DNA of 63,240 bases, counting the filler, from Octopus bimaculoides (taxonomy: Eukaryota): assembly GCF_001194135.2 (NCBI RefSeq). It is 6 parts of 5 records of this genome, joined end to end, with 100 filler letters (N's around TTAATTAATTAA, not from the genome) between each part and the next. Parts side by side here need not be neighbours in the genome. Positions count along the whole stretch, not along the records: positions 1 to 12,690 come from NC_068993.1; positions 12,791 to 20,029 come from NC_069009.1; 4 more parts are not named here. One strand, 5' to 3'. The notes beneath the pieces are model-generated. The model saw only the letters and a list, made by a program, of their open reading frames with translations. It ran no database searches and had not been told where the DNA came from. Positions 1 through 14,351 of this stretch are shown in pieces (position 1 is the stretch's first letter; every line of letters starts with the position of its first letter). The position numbers were made by a program, and so were the translations under genes.

Positions 1-580
1 TCGGTCGGTCGGTCGGTCGGTGGGTTTGTCTGTCGGTCGCTGTGTTGGTGTCTGTGGGTGTAGTGGTCGGTAGGTCAGTATGCCGTTTTAAAGTAAATGG
101 ATCTACGTCGGTTCTCATCTGAACGATGAGAATTTCAATCGTTTGTTCGACAGTCCGACCAACTCATCGCTGTAGCGTGTCAGTGGCCGAGTATCCCACA
201 AACGTGTGTACTGGTTTATGTAAAACTTGGAGCAGAACCAAACTGAGGCAATGTGGGACAAAGATTCACATCTGAATTGGATGGTTGACCCGTCCGAGAG
301 TTTGGCTTCGGTCTACTCGAGGTTGTGAGGAGCGACACTTGCCAAAGCTACCACGCATCGAGATCGTTAATGGGATCTTGTGATTATAAAGCAAGCCTCT
401 TAACCATTTCGCCATCTTGTGTTTGTAGTAATCCAATGTCAAATCAAAACGACGCCATCATCACCAGCATCTTCATTGCCATCATTGTTATAACTTAACC
501 TTTCATCCATCACCGCCACCGTTGCCTTCATCTCCATAACAGTCACCATTGTCTTTACCATTACCATCATCATCATCACA

Positions 581-883
581 GGCGCAGGCGTGGCGGGACG
601 GTAAGAAGCTTGCTCCCCAACCACATGGTTCCGGGTTCAGTCCCACTGCGTGGTACTTTGGGCAAATGCCTTCTACTATATAGTCCCGGGGCAACGTAAG
701 CTTTAAGAGTTAACTTGGCTGACAGAAGATCAAAAAGAAGCGCACGTGTTCCCCATGTCCGGCAAAAATGCTAGGTTTAAAGATAATGTACTGGGGTTCA
801 TTCATATGACTAAAATTCCTCAATGTGGTATCCCAGCATGGCTGAAGTCCAATGACTGAAACCAGTAAAGGATAAAAAGATAA
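581..883 (+). mobile_element. SINE family A copy
   Basis: Same head and tail as 21979-22367. Further copies/fragments at about 2734-2843(-), 20130-20470, 20925-21172, 24290-24606, 32955-33135, 33720-33920, 58232-58400, 58428-58775. Confidence 0.75.
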
Positions 884-989
884 CATCATTCTTTTCTACT
901 CTAGGCCCCCGAAATTTTGGGAGAGGGGGTCAGTCGATTAGATCGACTCCAGTACGCAACTGGTACTTAATTTATCGACCACTTAATTT

Positions 990-1124
990 ATAGACAGAGA
1001 GCATCACTGGAAAATACGAAAACTAAAAGAAGCAGCACATATGCTAGGACACAACAACCTCCTAAGCAGACCGAGTGCAGATATGAGTAACCTATGGGAA
1101 CCGGTATTAAGGAAGGAAGGATAG
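990..1124 (+). mobile_element. Penelope-like element, GIY-YIG endonuclease C-terminal fragment
   Basis: IDREHHWKIRKLKEAAHMLGHNNLLSRPSADMSNLWEPVLRKEG*, matching the R-K-x-K-E-A helix and tail of PLE endonucleases. Confidence 0.65.
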
Positions 1125-1175
1125 GAGAATATTAGATTTATAAGCCCTAAAATTCACTCCATAATTGCCCACGGG

Positions 1176-1256
<81 letters not shown>

Positions 1257-3449
1257 ACTATATATATATATACACACACACACACACTCACACACATATA
1301 TATACGTGTACGCACACATGCATATCTATTTATCTACATGTTTACATTTATGTATATGTACATATATATATGTACTGGTGAGCGTGTGTATATGGACATT
1401 ATCATCTGCCATACCCTGGGTTTAAAGTAAAACAGTCGCAATATCACCTAGCTGAATCCATCACACATTACAAGACGTGCATCACGGAATGTTCCACGAA
1501 GATACAAATGGCAACAGAGCCGTCACTACTTGAAGGCAGTATGCAAACACCATCGTAGTCGCAGAGATAGTTTTAACAATCTTTAAGGACTAAAGAACTA
1601 TTTCACCCTACTCTTCCTTCACCTTATTCGTCTTCCCACCCCATCGCATTCCTCTCCTCCTCCTCCTCCTCCTNNNNNNNNNNNNNNNNNNNNNNNNNNN
1701 NNNNNNNNNNNNNNNNNNNNNNNNNNNNNNNTTAGACTAAACACTCGACTCATCTGAAGCTTAGCTTCCACTCTACAGCGTCTGTCTTATAAGCGACTTA
1801 AGACTGATAAAGTACGTTAAACCAACGGATTTTGGGATAATGGCAGGCTAGAGTAGTGGGATTAAGAAACGGCAAAGTTTGGGTACTTTTCTCTCACTTT
1901 ATATTTGTGTGTCTCTGTTCCTGTACGCTATTTTGTGTATGTGTGTGCATCTCTACAGTTGCATATGTATGTATGTGTGTGTGTATGCGTGCGTGTGTGT
2001 GTACGTGTCACTTTTTTTTTACGTAGGTTTGGATTTGTTTAACAAAACCGTTTCTTTAACACACACCTATGTACACATATAAAGATGAAACAGAAGCAAG
2101 AATCAAAAAAACTAATGTCTGTTTGATCTACTCGACTATTCGTAATTACAGTTATCCATCAATGGGTTGTTATTTCCACTTGTGTTTCATCCTTCTCACA
2201 CTGTTTTAATAGTCGTAAGTCTGTGAGAATAAATATATCAAAACTGGGTTTTTTCTTTACACTCACTGATGAAACAGACTGTAACATGAGACGTTTATAT
2301 TTTCCACTTGACTCTCCATAAATACATCCATCAATAACATTTACTAACTAGATCACATAAAATAGATGTAGCTTATAGAAGAGGTTATTATGTTATTACT
2401 GTAGATTTCTAGCCTAACAGAAGGCCTTACGTCTGAAGGAACTGGCTATCAAAGAGTGAATCGAAACCACGTGGAGGAGGATATTTTAACAAAAGTTTGT
2501 TTCTTCCTCTTTCAACTGGTTCTATAAATACCACCTTTGGATCAGTTGTAACCCGCGAAGCCATTTATTTCCAAGTAATTGAGGGTCTGAGCCAACATTT
2601 TACCAACTCACCACATCATTTCACATCAATAAACAAAGCAAAGGGGAAAAAGTGCAAACTGCTTAGAATAAATGGCCTTAGCATCTGACCTCCAAAGAAT
2701 GAAGCGTGCCTCTTCAGGCGTCAATAATAACCGGCCTGAGGCTATAGTAGAAGACACTTGCCCAAGGTGCCACACAGTGGCACTGAACCCGGAACCATGT
2801 GGTTGGTAAGGAAACTACTTACCACACAGCCACTCCTACGCCTGGTAGTATAAATCTATTTTCGCTTTTCATATGATTTTGCTAGTTTACTTCCATAAGA
2901 TTCTACTTTGATTGTGGGATAGGTTATAAGAACAACATATGAATACTATATTATTCTATACACTAATGTCCAACAGAACAAGGTGCGCCACCAGCCTTTG
3001 AAATTCGCAATGAGATGTAATTCCATTAATCAGATTAGGAATGAATTATTGAAGTTTGTTGCATCGTACTTAATATACAAATAAATGTTTGTAACTAATT
3101 AATCTCACATATACAACGAGGAAAGGGAAAAGAGCACATACACGACTCGATGGTTAATATTGGTTTTAAATTTTGATACAAGGCCAGCAATTTCGGGGAA
3201 GGGGTTTTAAGTCGATTTCATTGCTCAAGGGGTAGTTGTTATATCATCAACTCTGAAAAGACGAAAAGCAAAAGTCAACCTCAACGGATTTTGAACTCAG
3301 AACGTAGAGATGGACAAAATGCCGCTAAGCACTTTGCTCGGCATACTAACGATTCTGCCAGCTCTCACTGCTTTCTCAACGATTAATATTAATTTTATCT
3401 GATCTTGACAAACACGGGCGACTACTCCGGACATGTTTCGCTCTTATGC

Positions 3450-5000
3450 GACATCCTTAATGATACATAACGATCTCCTTGGCGGATTAGTGATAAGAGA
3501 ATCGCTATATTGATATACGATAATGCGCAACAAATATGAATAAACCGCTAAAATCATATCAGCCATAATAAGAGCCAGTTTAAAAATTCTTCTTAATGCT
3601 TCACGATCTGTTTTGTTGTTTTTCTTTTATTGTCACTCATGTTATTCTTTGACCGTTTCTTTGCATTATTGTTTTATGGATTTTTATCATCAAACTTTTT
3701 CAAATTCCAGTTTCTAATCATCTCTGATACGTTTTTGTTTTTTCTAGCAACAAAACAAACTTTATTTATTCATTTAGAAATTATAACTACCAAGTATTAC
3801 AATGTAACTAATAGTGTTCTACACACCTCTTCACTCCAAGATATCCGTTTGTTTCTTTATTCATTTATTTATTCGTTTATTTTATCCTATGATAGACTTA
3901 CACCTGTTCATATATTGCATGTTCCCATGATATTGCTTACTGATTATGACAATATTATTAGCAAAATGTTTATTTGCCAGAAAACTCGTTCGTCCATTCA
4001 TAAGCATTTTTCTTCTCATGTCGTCAATCATTGTCAACGACCGCTGCTCTCTCAATTTTTCTTCTCATTTATTTTTTTCGTATTTTACTTTTTTATTAAG
4101 TGTATTGTCGTAGCTAACGTTCATGGCTCTTACTATTTGTTGGTATTTTATCATATTTTCTACTTTGTACCACATTTAGCAAACAATACAGCGTCGATCC
4201 TTACAGGTTTTCCAACGAGACATTCACAAGTTCATTGCATTTCTAACAATATGAGTGACAAGGAAATATATACACAACTCAAGCGGAACAAATATTGTAA
4301 GGGACAGCGGCCGAAAGCACCGATTTATCTTTCTCGTCACATTTTTGCCAATATATTGCTGAAAGATACATACATACATACATACATACATGCATATATA
4401 CATACAAACAGGGTGGTTGTCAACTTGTAGACGAGAGTATGACCATCACTGACCAACTATTTTATCCAAGATGTTGAAGAAAATGAGTGTCAGCAATGCT
4501 CATGCCGAATTATCGGAGAATTCTGATATTTGCAGCAAAACAATTTTTCGGATAGAGAAAATTCGTGAAATTTTTAAGGTATGAGAGAATATCAGTTTAA
4601 TGTCTGCCCATCCACGGCAACAACAACACTTCGTCGTATAACTTCATGCTGATGATTTCGTACCTAATTGATTTATTAAATAAATTTCAAATTTTGAATT
4701 AAAGCCACTGGCATCTTGCATAAAAAATAAATTAGTTGTTGACGAAATTTTAAATATCGTGTTCCAGTTTCGTCTCTGATCAATGAAAACTTTTCATCTA
4801 ACGACATGATGGGTTTTTCTCTTCAACGTTTTATAAGATGAATACGAAATCGCTATTAAGTTGGCGAATAGGGAGACAAATATATTTTACTCCCACGATC
4901 TCTTTGTGAAGTTTGTTTCCATCATTGCTCCGATCTTAAATGAAAAATTTCTTTTGATTCTTACTGATCAAAAGAGCAAGTAACATTGCAACAAGACCAA
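3450..5000 (-). mobile_element. piggyBac-like transposase remnant (heavily decayed)
   Basis: Broken frames give DRGSKI..RQLNSDF, MSLDEK..YLKFRQQ..MQDASGFNSKFEIYL and GHTLV, in piggyBac motif order; no TIRs found. Confidence 0.5.
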
Positions 5001-5433
5001 CTGCTGAGAGAATAAATAGAAGAAACGGTAAATATCGAACATTTTATACTAAAGTGACAAAAGTAATACCTCTGTCTATCACATTATGTTACACACATAC
5101 ACACACTCACACGCACACACTCACACGCACACATGCACACAGGTGTTCACACACTGTCATGTGTACAAATATATACACACATATCAATGTTATGTATACA
5201 GGCATAAGAACATTTATCTATTTATACATATATGTAGGCATACGTATCATATTTCTATTTATGCGTGTACGTACATCCATACGCACATACATGCTTCTTT
5301 CTGTCAATTTTGTAAACCGAGATGATTTCATGAAAGCGTTTTCGGATTATTATTGTTGTTGTTGTTGTTGTTTTCAAAGTTCTAGCAAGAAAAGGGTAGG
5401 GAAAGACATATTACCAAAGAACATAAAGATTTC

Positions 5434-5469
<36 letters not shown>

Positions 5470-5564
5470 TTCTTTTATCTATTTATTTAGCTTTCAGCAA
5501 ATCTTTTGCTAAGATCTTAGTCATCGATATTTTTTATTGAAAATATATTAATAATAATAATGAA

Positions 5565-5626
<62 letters not shown>

Positions 5627-5851
5627 CAACAACAACAACAACAACAACAACTGTAATAAATAAGTAAATAAGTAAATGAATAAATAAATAAATGTAAAAA
5701 CAAGATCAAGCACAATAAAAAAAAGAAACGAAACGAGACACCGTTGCCAAAAGCTTTAGATTCTCACTGCCACGTCGAATTACTTTCAACAGATATGAAA
5801 AGAAAAAAAAAAAGAAAATCAGCCAAAGAAATAATATTACAATACGACCTG

Positions 5852-5926
<75 letters not shown>

Positions 5927-6232
5927 TATGTGTGTGTGTATTGTATATATATATATATATGTGTGTGTGTATGTGTGTATATATATGTATGTATGTATGT
6001 ATTGAAATATTTATATAAATATATATGTATATGTATATACATAATTGTGTGTCTATATTTATGTATGTATATGCGGGTGTGTATATATGCAGATATTTAT
6101 GAGAGTGTGTGAGTATGTCTATATTAAATGTATGTGTGTCAATGTCTGTGAAAGATGTTCATATCTTCCTAATCGATCGTGTCTATTTGCTTCGCTGTGA
6201 TTTATTTTATTGTATTTTCCATCTGTTATAAA

Positions 6233-6272
<40 letters not shown>

Positions 6273-6620
6273 CATAGATACATACGTATGCACACACATG
6301 CGTGCACATACACACAGACATACAAACCTACAGACATACTGACATACATGCAACAGACTGCCAATCACAGCGTCATGCTGAATTTCTTTAACGTGGCAAC
6401 CATTTTAAATATTCCATCTATCAATGCTCTCTTTAACTTGCTGACTGGCAAATTTTATAGAGAATTAAACAAAAAAAATGAAGTCGAAATTTGAAAATAC
6501 AAAATCGGTATCAAACTAAATAATACAAACAACAGAATAAATAAAATTTTCGAACAATTTAAGCACAGTAAAAGAGTTTGATACCTACGTCTCTACGTAA
6601 TATCAATATAAATACATATG

Positions 6621-6655
<35 letters not shown>

Positions 6656-9600
6656 GTATATATATTTATGCATTACTTTCAAAATCAATCGATATTGAAA
6701 TTCCTCCAGCACCCCAATTTTACCAACCTTTCATTACATATTAAACGCGTTCCTTGTCTCTGCCTGCAGATCATTTATTTATATTTAACATGGTTTCGGT
6801 TAGCTTACTTCTGTTGTCTCGTTATTACATTTTCTAATACTTTAATTATACCTCTCCATCAACTGCTTCCACTTCTTATACAAATACACTCACACACATG
6901 TGCATATATTTATACGTTGGCTTCTCCCGCCGAAGACAATGGATGAACGTTCAGCTTTTACCGAACTGGTTTGATTATAACGATCAAACGTCCGTGCTGC
7001 ACATTTGCTCATTCGCTCCATCAAATCCTCGTTGCCTGAACAGGAACAGGTGCACGGTATGCCACATGTCGGGTGCCGAACTGATCGCAGATCAACGTGA
7101 AATGAAGTGTTTTGCAACCTCTTAGATAACGATTTGCGTTGGGTCGTGCCAAGTACAACACTAACAACACCAACAACTTCCACCTTTGTGCTCTACAATC
7201 GTCCCTCTATCTAGGTCCTCGAACTTCTCAGTTCTCTCGGCTCCCTTAACCTTCCCTGTTGAGTCGATAAAATGAAATACCAGTCAAGAAGTGGAATGGA
7301 TTTAATATGCTATCACCCACCCCTCTCCTGAACAGCAAGCCTTCAGCCTATCTTGGACGCAATGATTACATGTGGCATCATAATAAAGGAATCAAGTGCT
7401 GAAAGTTTCCCCGTGTTGCATTTACCAAACTATTTAAGTGCAGCGCAAGAAGCTTTTGGTCTTTGTGTAGCTCAGGTAGCTTTGCAGCCAATAACATACA
7501 CAAACACACACTCACACATGCACACACGCGCGCGCGCGCGCGCACGTGTGTTTGTGTGTGTGTGTGTGGTTCAATGTATGTATATACATATACATGTGAA
7601 AGTGTATAAATATATATATATTTTTAAATCTTATATATGATATATATATAAATGCATATATGTAAACGCATAAATATATGTTTATGTGTGTCCCCCCCCA
7701 TACCCACCTTCCCCCTCTCTCAATCCACCTTCCCTCTCTTATACCCACCCTCTCTCCTCTCTTCCTCTCCCCTCCCATACCCAACTTCCCCCTCTCTTAC
7801 ATCCACCTTCCCCTTCCCCCTTCATCGTCAACACCCCCTCATAAGCTCATCCCACCACACCCCAACACACTCCTACTCTACCTTCCCACTCCACCCCATC
7901 CAATTCCTTACACCCACCACCCACCCCTNNNNNNNNNNNNNNNNNNNNNNNNNNNNNNNNNNNNNNNNNNNNNNNNNNNNNNNNNNNNNNNNNNNNNNNN
8001 NNNNNNNNNNNNNNNNNNNNNNNNNNNNNNNNNNNNNNNNNNNNNNNNNNNNNNNNNNNNNNNNNNNNNNNNNNNNNNNNNNNNNNNNNNNNNNNNNNNN
8101 NNNNNNNNNNNNNNNNNNNNNNNNNNNNNNNNNNNNNNNNNNNNNNNNNNNNNNNNNNNNNNNNNNNNNNNNNNNNNNNNNNNNNNNNNNNNNNNNNNNN
8201 NNNNNNNNNNNNNNNNNNNNNNNNNNNNNNNNNNNNNNNNNNNNNNNNNNNNNNNNNNNNNNNNNNNNNNNNNNNNNNNNNNNNNNNNNNNNNNNNNNNN
8301 NNNNNNNNNNNNNNNNNNNNNNNNNNNNNNNNNNNNNNNNNNNNNNNNNNNNNNNNNNNNNNNNNNNNNNNNNNNNNNNNNNNNNNNNNNNNNNNNNNNN
8401 NNNNNNNNNNNNNNNNNNNNNNNNNNNNNNNNNNNNNNNNNNNNNNNNNNNNNNNNNNNNNNNNNNNNNNNNNNNNNNNNNNNNNNNNNNNNNNNNNNNN
8501 NNNNNNNNNNNNNNNNNNNNNNNNNNNNNNNNNNNNNNNNNNNNNNNNNNNNNNNNNNNNNNNNNNNTATATATATACATACACACACGTGTGTGTTTGT
8601 GTTTATAGTTTATAGTTTATAGTTTATAGTTCCGATATAGGTAGGATCAATATAAAAAAGTACTCCATCCAGTGAGAGGTAAATACCACTAAACATACAC
8701 AATTTACATAAGAACTGCTGATAGTTCCATCCTTTGGAGATACATGGCAGGTTATATAAATCTGTCAAATTATTGTATCTACAAAGCATGAAACTATTAC
8801 TAGTTTTTTTTTTTTGTAAATTGAATATATTAAATAATGTTTATTTCACTCGATGGAGTACCTTTTGCCAACCCTGCCTGTAACGGTACATACATAATAC
8901 ATACATACATACATACTTACATACAGAGTTACATACAGAGTTACATACGTATGTATGTATGTGTATATATGCGTGTGTGTGTGTGTGTGTGTGTGTCAAA
9001 GAAAGAATATTTTGTTTACAATGCATGTATTGTTGAATAAATCACCAGAACTCACTTCTTTTAAACATCACTCAGTTTTTGTATCATTTTGCTGATCTAA
9101 CAACAATAATCCTCTATTACTTCGACAACACAGATCTTGCTCTTCTATTCTCTAGAATATATTCTAACATGCATATTTACGCGTTGGTGTTTATGTATAC
9201 TCCGTGATCTTGGTCTGAAGAAAAAAAACAAAAAAAAAACATGTCTGCCTCACATAAAAAATAAACGATTTCTGCTAAATAAGTAGATAAATGCTAAAAT
9301 GTCATGCGTGACCTGTGTGAATACGATTGGTACAAAGGCAGAAATGTTGTCTGGAAACTCAGAAAATGTTGCAACCGAAATTTTGTTAAAATTCTTTCAT
9401 GTCCATCTTTATCACGGCATGTGCAAGCACACACACACACACACACGAACACGAACACGCAAGCACAAATCATATACATGCATACACATTCACAGTCACA
9501 CACACACACACACGCGCCCACGCATATATATATATATGTATATNNNNNNNNNNNNNNNNNNNNNNNNNNNNNNNNNNNNNNNNNNNNNNNNNNNNNNNNN

Positions 9601-10106
9601 NNNNNNNNNNNNNNNNNNNNNNNNNNNNNNNNNNNNNNNNNNNNNNNNNNNNNNNNNNNNNNNNNNNNNNNNNNNNNNNNNNNNNNNNNNNNNNNNNNNN
9701 NNNNNNNNNNNNNNNNNNNNNNNNNNNNNNNNNNNNNNNNNNNNNNNNNNNNNNNNNNNNNNNNNNNNNNNNNNNNNNNNNNNNNNNNNNNNNNNNNNNN
9801 NNNNNNNNNNNNNNNNNNNNNNNNNNNNNNNNNNNNNNNNNNNNNNNNNNNNNNNNNNNNNNNNNNNNNNNNNNNNNNNNNNNNNNNNNNNNNNNNNNNN
9901 NNNNNNNNNNNNNNNNNNNNNNNNNNNNNNNNNNNNNNNNNNNNNNNNNNNNNNNNNNNNNNNNNNNNNNNNNNNNNNNNNNNNNNNNNNNNNNNNNNNN
10001 NNNNNNNNNNNNNNNNNNNNNNNNNNNNNNNNNNNNNNNNNNNNNNNNNNNNNNNNNNNNNNNNNNNNNNNNNNNNNNNNNNNNNNNNNNNNNNNNNNNN
10101 NNNNNN

Positions 10107-10320
10107 GGGGGGGGGTTGATACTGAAAAGTTCCTGGTTTTGGTAAAAGGAAATACATGAGAATCAGTTAATAATGATGTTATTCGTCATATTTCTCTCTC
10201 AGAGCCACACACTTACTGCAGCAGTCTTTCAGTTTTTTTAAACCCTGTAAAACGTTGGACCTCGAGCCAGGTCTTTCGTCATACCCTTAAAGCCAGGAAC
10301 TTTTCGCCCTCCCCCTCATA
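10107..10320. mobile_element. Tc1/mariner-type MITE, second copy
   Basis: Alignable by eye along its length to 33491-33708. Confidence 0.6.
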
Positions 10321-10608
10321 TGTGTCGATGTATGTATGTATGTATGAATGTATTTATATATAACGCTATTCTCGCTGATATGAATAAAGATTGGAAAACA
10401 CGCAGAGAAATACCAATGGCTGCTTTGGTCTGTCATTTACAGGTCACGTGATTTCGTGTCCATCAGACAGCCTTCGACTATTTCTATCCAAGCTGTTTTT
10501 TCGACCTAATATCTTCACGCTATTATTTATAGCGTTATCTGCTTCGAGATTCACCTTTCCCCAAAGAATTATTTCACGTTTTCAAAGTTTCTAAATTTTT
10601 ATGTACAT

Positions 10609-10639
<31 letters not shown>

Positions 10640-11275
10640 CGTGCGTGTGTGTGTGTGTGTATGTAAATATACAGATACACACACACACATATATATTCTT
10701 ACATATCCATGTGTGTTTATATGTATGTATGCTTAATCACCACCATCACAACTAATAACACCACCATCACAACCATAGCCACCACCACCACCACCACCAC
10801 CACCACCACCATCACAAAAGCATAATGCATATCAATCAGTCAGTCCATCAATCAATCAATCGATTAATGGATCAATATATTATGTATCAAACGAAAGTGT
10901 GATAAATAGAGATAATTATCTGAGTAATCATAATGAACCTTTTACGTCATTGATTGTTTTAAATAGATATAATTAATTGATTTTTTTTCTCTCGTAACCA
11001 CACAACCCGTCATAAAAAATACATTTATCAACGATTCGTTCTCCGTGACCTCTGACCCCAAAATGAAATCTCAATTCAAGCTATCGTAGCCTCTCCCTGA
11101 AGCTCGTGCATTAATTATATGCTTGTAATAATAGGAAGCTGTTTTAGTTATTTAGTTCCAGAAATATAGAAGTAGAAAATACAGTTGGAGTTGCACTGGA
11201 AGCGACATACGCACTCACACCTACACATGAACGCACACAGGTCTGTCTGTCTGTCTATCCATTCATCTATCCAAT

Positions 11276-11337
<62 letters not shown>

Positions 11338-12182
11338 CTGTCTAGCTATCTAGCTTTCTGCCTGTCTTCCTGTCAGTCTATCTCCTCTCTGTTTTACATA
11401 TATTATATATTATATATATATATATATATNNNNNNNNNNNNNNNNNNNNNNNNNNNNNNNNNNNNNNNNNNNNNNNNNNNNNNNNNNNNNNNNNNNNNNN
11501 NNNNNNNNNNNNNNNNNNNNNNNNNNNNNNNNNNNNNNNNNNNNNNNNNNNNNNNNNNNNNNNNNNNNNNNNNNNNNNNNNNNNNNNNNNNNNNNNNNNN
11601 NNNNNNNNNNNNNNNNNNNNNNNNNNNNNNNNNNNNNNNNNNNNNNNNNNNNNNNNNNNNNNNNNNNNNNNNNNNNNNNNNNNNNNNNNNNNNNNNNNNN
11701 NNNNNNNNNNNNNNNNNNNNNNNNNNNNNNNNNNNNNNNNNNNNNNNNNNNNNNNNNNNNNNNNNNNNNNNNNNNNNNNNNNNNNNNNNNNNNNNNNNNN
11801 NNNNNNNNNNNNNNNNNNNNNNNNNNNNNNNNNNNNNNNNNNNNNNNNNNNNNNNNNNNNNNNNNNNNNNNNNNNNNNNNNNNNNNNNNNNNNNNNNNNN
11901 NNNNNNNNNNNNNNNNNNNNNNNNNNNNNNNNNNNNNNNNNNNNNNNNNNNNNNNNNNNNNNNNNNNNNNNNNNNNNNNNNNNNNNNNNNNNNNNNNNNN
12001 NNNNNNNNNNNNNNNNNNNNNNNNNNNNNNNNNNNNNNNNNNNNNNNNNNNNNNNNNNNNNNNNNNNNNNNNNNNNNNNNNNNNNNNNNNNNNNNNNNNN
12101 NNNNNNNNNNNNNNNNNNNNNNNNNNNNNNNNNNNNNNNNNNNNNNNNNNNNNNNNNNNNNNNNNNNNNNNNNNNNNNNNNN

Positions 12183-12235
<53 letters not shown>

Positions 12236-12869
12236 GTGAAAGTGAGAGAAAGACAGAGAGGAAGAGAGAATGGTATGGAAGGTTTCCAAGTGTTTATTGA
12301 AGCAAATATTCCGTCCGTTTGTCTGGCACCCGATGTGAGCAAGAGAGAAATTATTGAGTAAACAACAGATATAGAAAGCACATAGTTTAAATCCGTAAAT
12401 GGATACAAAAATACACACACACACATATGTGTGTGTGTTTGTTAGTGAGTGTGCGTGTGCGTGTATGTGTGCGTTTGCGTGTGTCTGTGTATGTTTGTGT
12501 TTGTGTGTGTGTGTGTTTGTGTGCGTGACTGTGCATGCGTGTATGTGTTTGTGCTTGTGTGTGCTGGTGCGTGTGTGTGTGTATGCGTGTGTGTGTGCGT
12601 GTGCTTGTGTTTGTGTTTGTGTGTGTGTGTGTGTGTGTGTTTGGGTGTGTGTCTGTGCATGCGTGTATGTGTTTGTGTTTGTGTGTATATNNNNNNNNNN
12701 NNNNNNNNNNNNNNNNNNNNNNNNNNNNNNNNNNTTAATTAATTAANNNNNNNNNNNNNNNNNNNNNNNNNNNNNNNNNNNNNNNNNNNNAACTATAGAC
12801 AGGTAAAGAAGCAAAAGCAGATGTAAAAGGAGGTGAAGGTGACACGCTATAAATTGCATCTACAGAGAG

Positions 12870-13260
12870 ACATTACAGGTTTAGAAAGATATCGTCAAAG
12901 AAATACTATAAACGTGGGTTGATTCAACTTACAGGTTTGTTAAACTGGAAAGATTTCCGAAGGTTCCTGCTTTGATTTTCGCAATTTTGTTATTGTACAA
13001 ATTCCTGGAACATAACATTGAGTCGAACAAATTATGGAACAAATTTATGAATAAAGAATTAGATGAGGGATGATATGAAAAGTAGATTACCATCATGATG
13101 AACTTCATGATGATGTTGTAGATACTGTTGAGTAGGGTGGGAGCTGTGATGTGAATGATGATGCAGCAGAGGAGAAGATATTATTGCGGGAGTGGTGATG
13201 ATGATGTTATGATGCTGATGATGGGGTGATGTTAATTTTGATCATTGTGAAAATGATGAG
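12870..13260. repeat. LRR exon-bearing duplication unit
   Basis: Highly similar to 15845-16215; intron-only partial copies at about 17625-17800 and 18240-18280. Confidence 0.85.
12933..13004 (-). CDS. Leucine-rich-repeat exon (72 nt, phase 2-2)
   Basis: ttatgttccag|NLYNNKIAKIKAGTFGNLSSLTNL|GTAAGT; near-duplicate of the 15907-15978 exon including flanking intron. Confidence 0.85.
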
Positions 13261-13336
13261 GATTCGCATGGGAAGACATTGAATGTTCAGAATTATATTG
13301 TTAACAAAATGGAATAAAGAAACTAATGCAACTCAC

Positions 13337-13408
13337 AGAGCCGTTAAACTGGGAAGATTTTGAAAAGGTCCAACTTCTAATTCATTGATGTCATTATCAT
13401 ACAACTCT
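13337..13408 (-). CDS. Leucine-rich-repeat exon (72 nt, phase 2-2)
   Basis: tttgtgttgcag|ELYDNDINELEVGPFQNLPSLTAL|GTGAGT. Confidence 0.85.
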
Positions 13409-14261
13409 CTGCAACACAAAATAGGGAGCAGTGAAAAAATGTATACAGGTTCGTATTCAAATATAAAATATAATACCTAAAAAATTAGGAAAGTAGACGC
13501 TAATGATGATGGTGTAGAAGATGATGATGATGGTGGTGTTGCTGATGTGGTAATGGATTTCATGATAATTTAGTGTTCATGTTGATAATGATGCTGATGC
13601 TGGTGGTGGTGGTGATGATGATGCTGACGGCGGTGGTGGTGGATATGACGATCACGATGATATCATCATCATGATCATGATAACGGGTGATGGTGGTGGT
13701 GGTGATGGGGAGGGTGGTGGTGTTTTTGGTAATGGTGTTCAAGAGAAAATTTATGGCAAGGATAATTTTGATAATGATGATGGTGAAGTTACGTAGCTGG
13801 AAATATTTTCAGAGAACTAAAGAAAGTAAATGGCTAAGAGTTGGAAGGTTAAAGATATTTATATATGAGTAAAGTTGCTTTAACAATACAATTACAAGAT
13901 TGATGAGTGGTATTCAACTTTGATCCAGAGCTAAACGCAGTAAATGTTATACAGAAATGAATACAAGTTGATACACTAGTATTGAACCACCACTACATAA
14001 ACAGATGTATACACATAGATAAAACGTGCTGCTTGATCAATCACACACACACACATATGTACTAACACACACTCATAAGGACTCACAAACACACACACAC
14101 GAACTCACATTCAAAGACATTCAAAATCAATCCCTTAGAGATCTGTAAGTGGTTTGAGGATGTAGATAGAGACAAAGAGAAAGAGCGCAATAGAATGGGA
14201 TGGCAATTAGATATTATAAATATGACAGCAATGAAATACTATGAAGAATGATCCAAATAAC

Positions 14262-14332
14262 AATTCTGTTAATGTAAAAAAGTTCTAGAAAATTACTCCT
14301 TCAATTTTCATGATAGCATTGTTATACAAAGT
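14262..14332 (-). pseudogene. Decayed LRR exon copy
   Basis: 71 nt (one base short), TLYNNAIMKIEGVIF*NFFTLTEL with in-frame TAG and a degenerate donor GTTATT. Confidence 0.6.
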
Positions 14333-14351
14333 CTAAATAGAGAGGAATATG

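Noticed and set aside
2412-2494. Plus-strand open segment LTEGLTSEGTGYQRVNRNHVEEDILTK, also containing CTGAAGG..GAAAC
   Set aside because: Weak donor and no partner exons; as a hammerhead it has no stem I or II pairing.
3630-4430. 266-aa hydrophobic plus-strand ORF
   Set aside because: Non-ATG start, low-complexity T-rich sequence, no family motif; it overlaps the opposite strand of a piggyBac remnant.
6890-7183. Minus ORF with CGIPCTCSCSG resembling an LRR N-cap
   Set aside because: No convincing splice sites or phase fit, and it lies downstream of the LRR exons where an N-cap would not be expected.
12735-12746. TTAATTAATTAA islands inside N runs (also 20074, 31225, 38250, 61655)
   Set aside because: An identical 12-mer with stops in all six frames centred in fixed-length gaps is an artificial contig-join spacer. 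It does mark joins that cross the gene models.
7652-12746. Long ORFs spanning N runs (same for those at 23.6, 32.4, 44.6, 50.7, 57.7 and 60.1 kb)
   Set aside because: Length comes from Ns translated as X plus microsatellite flanks.
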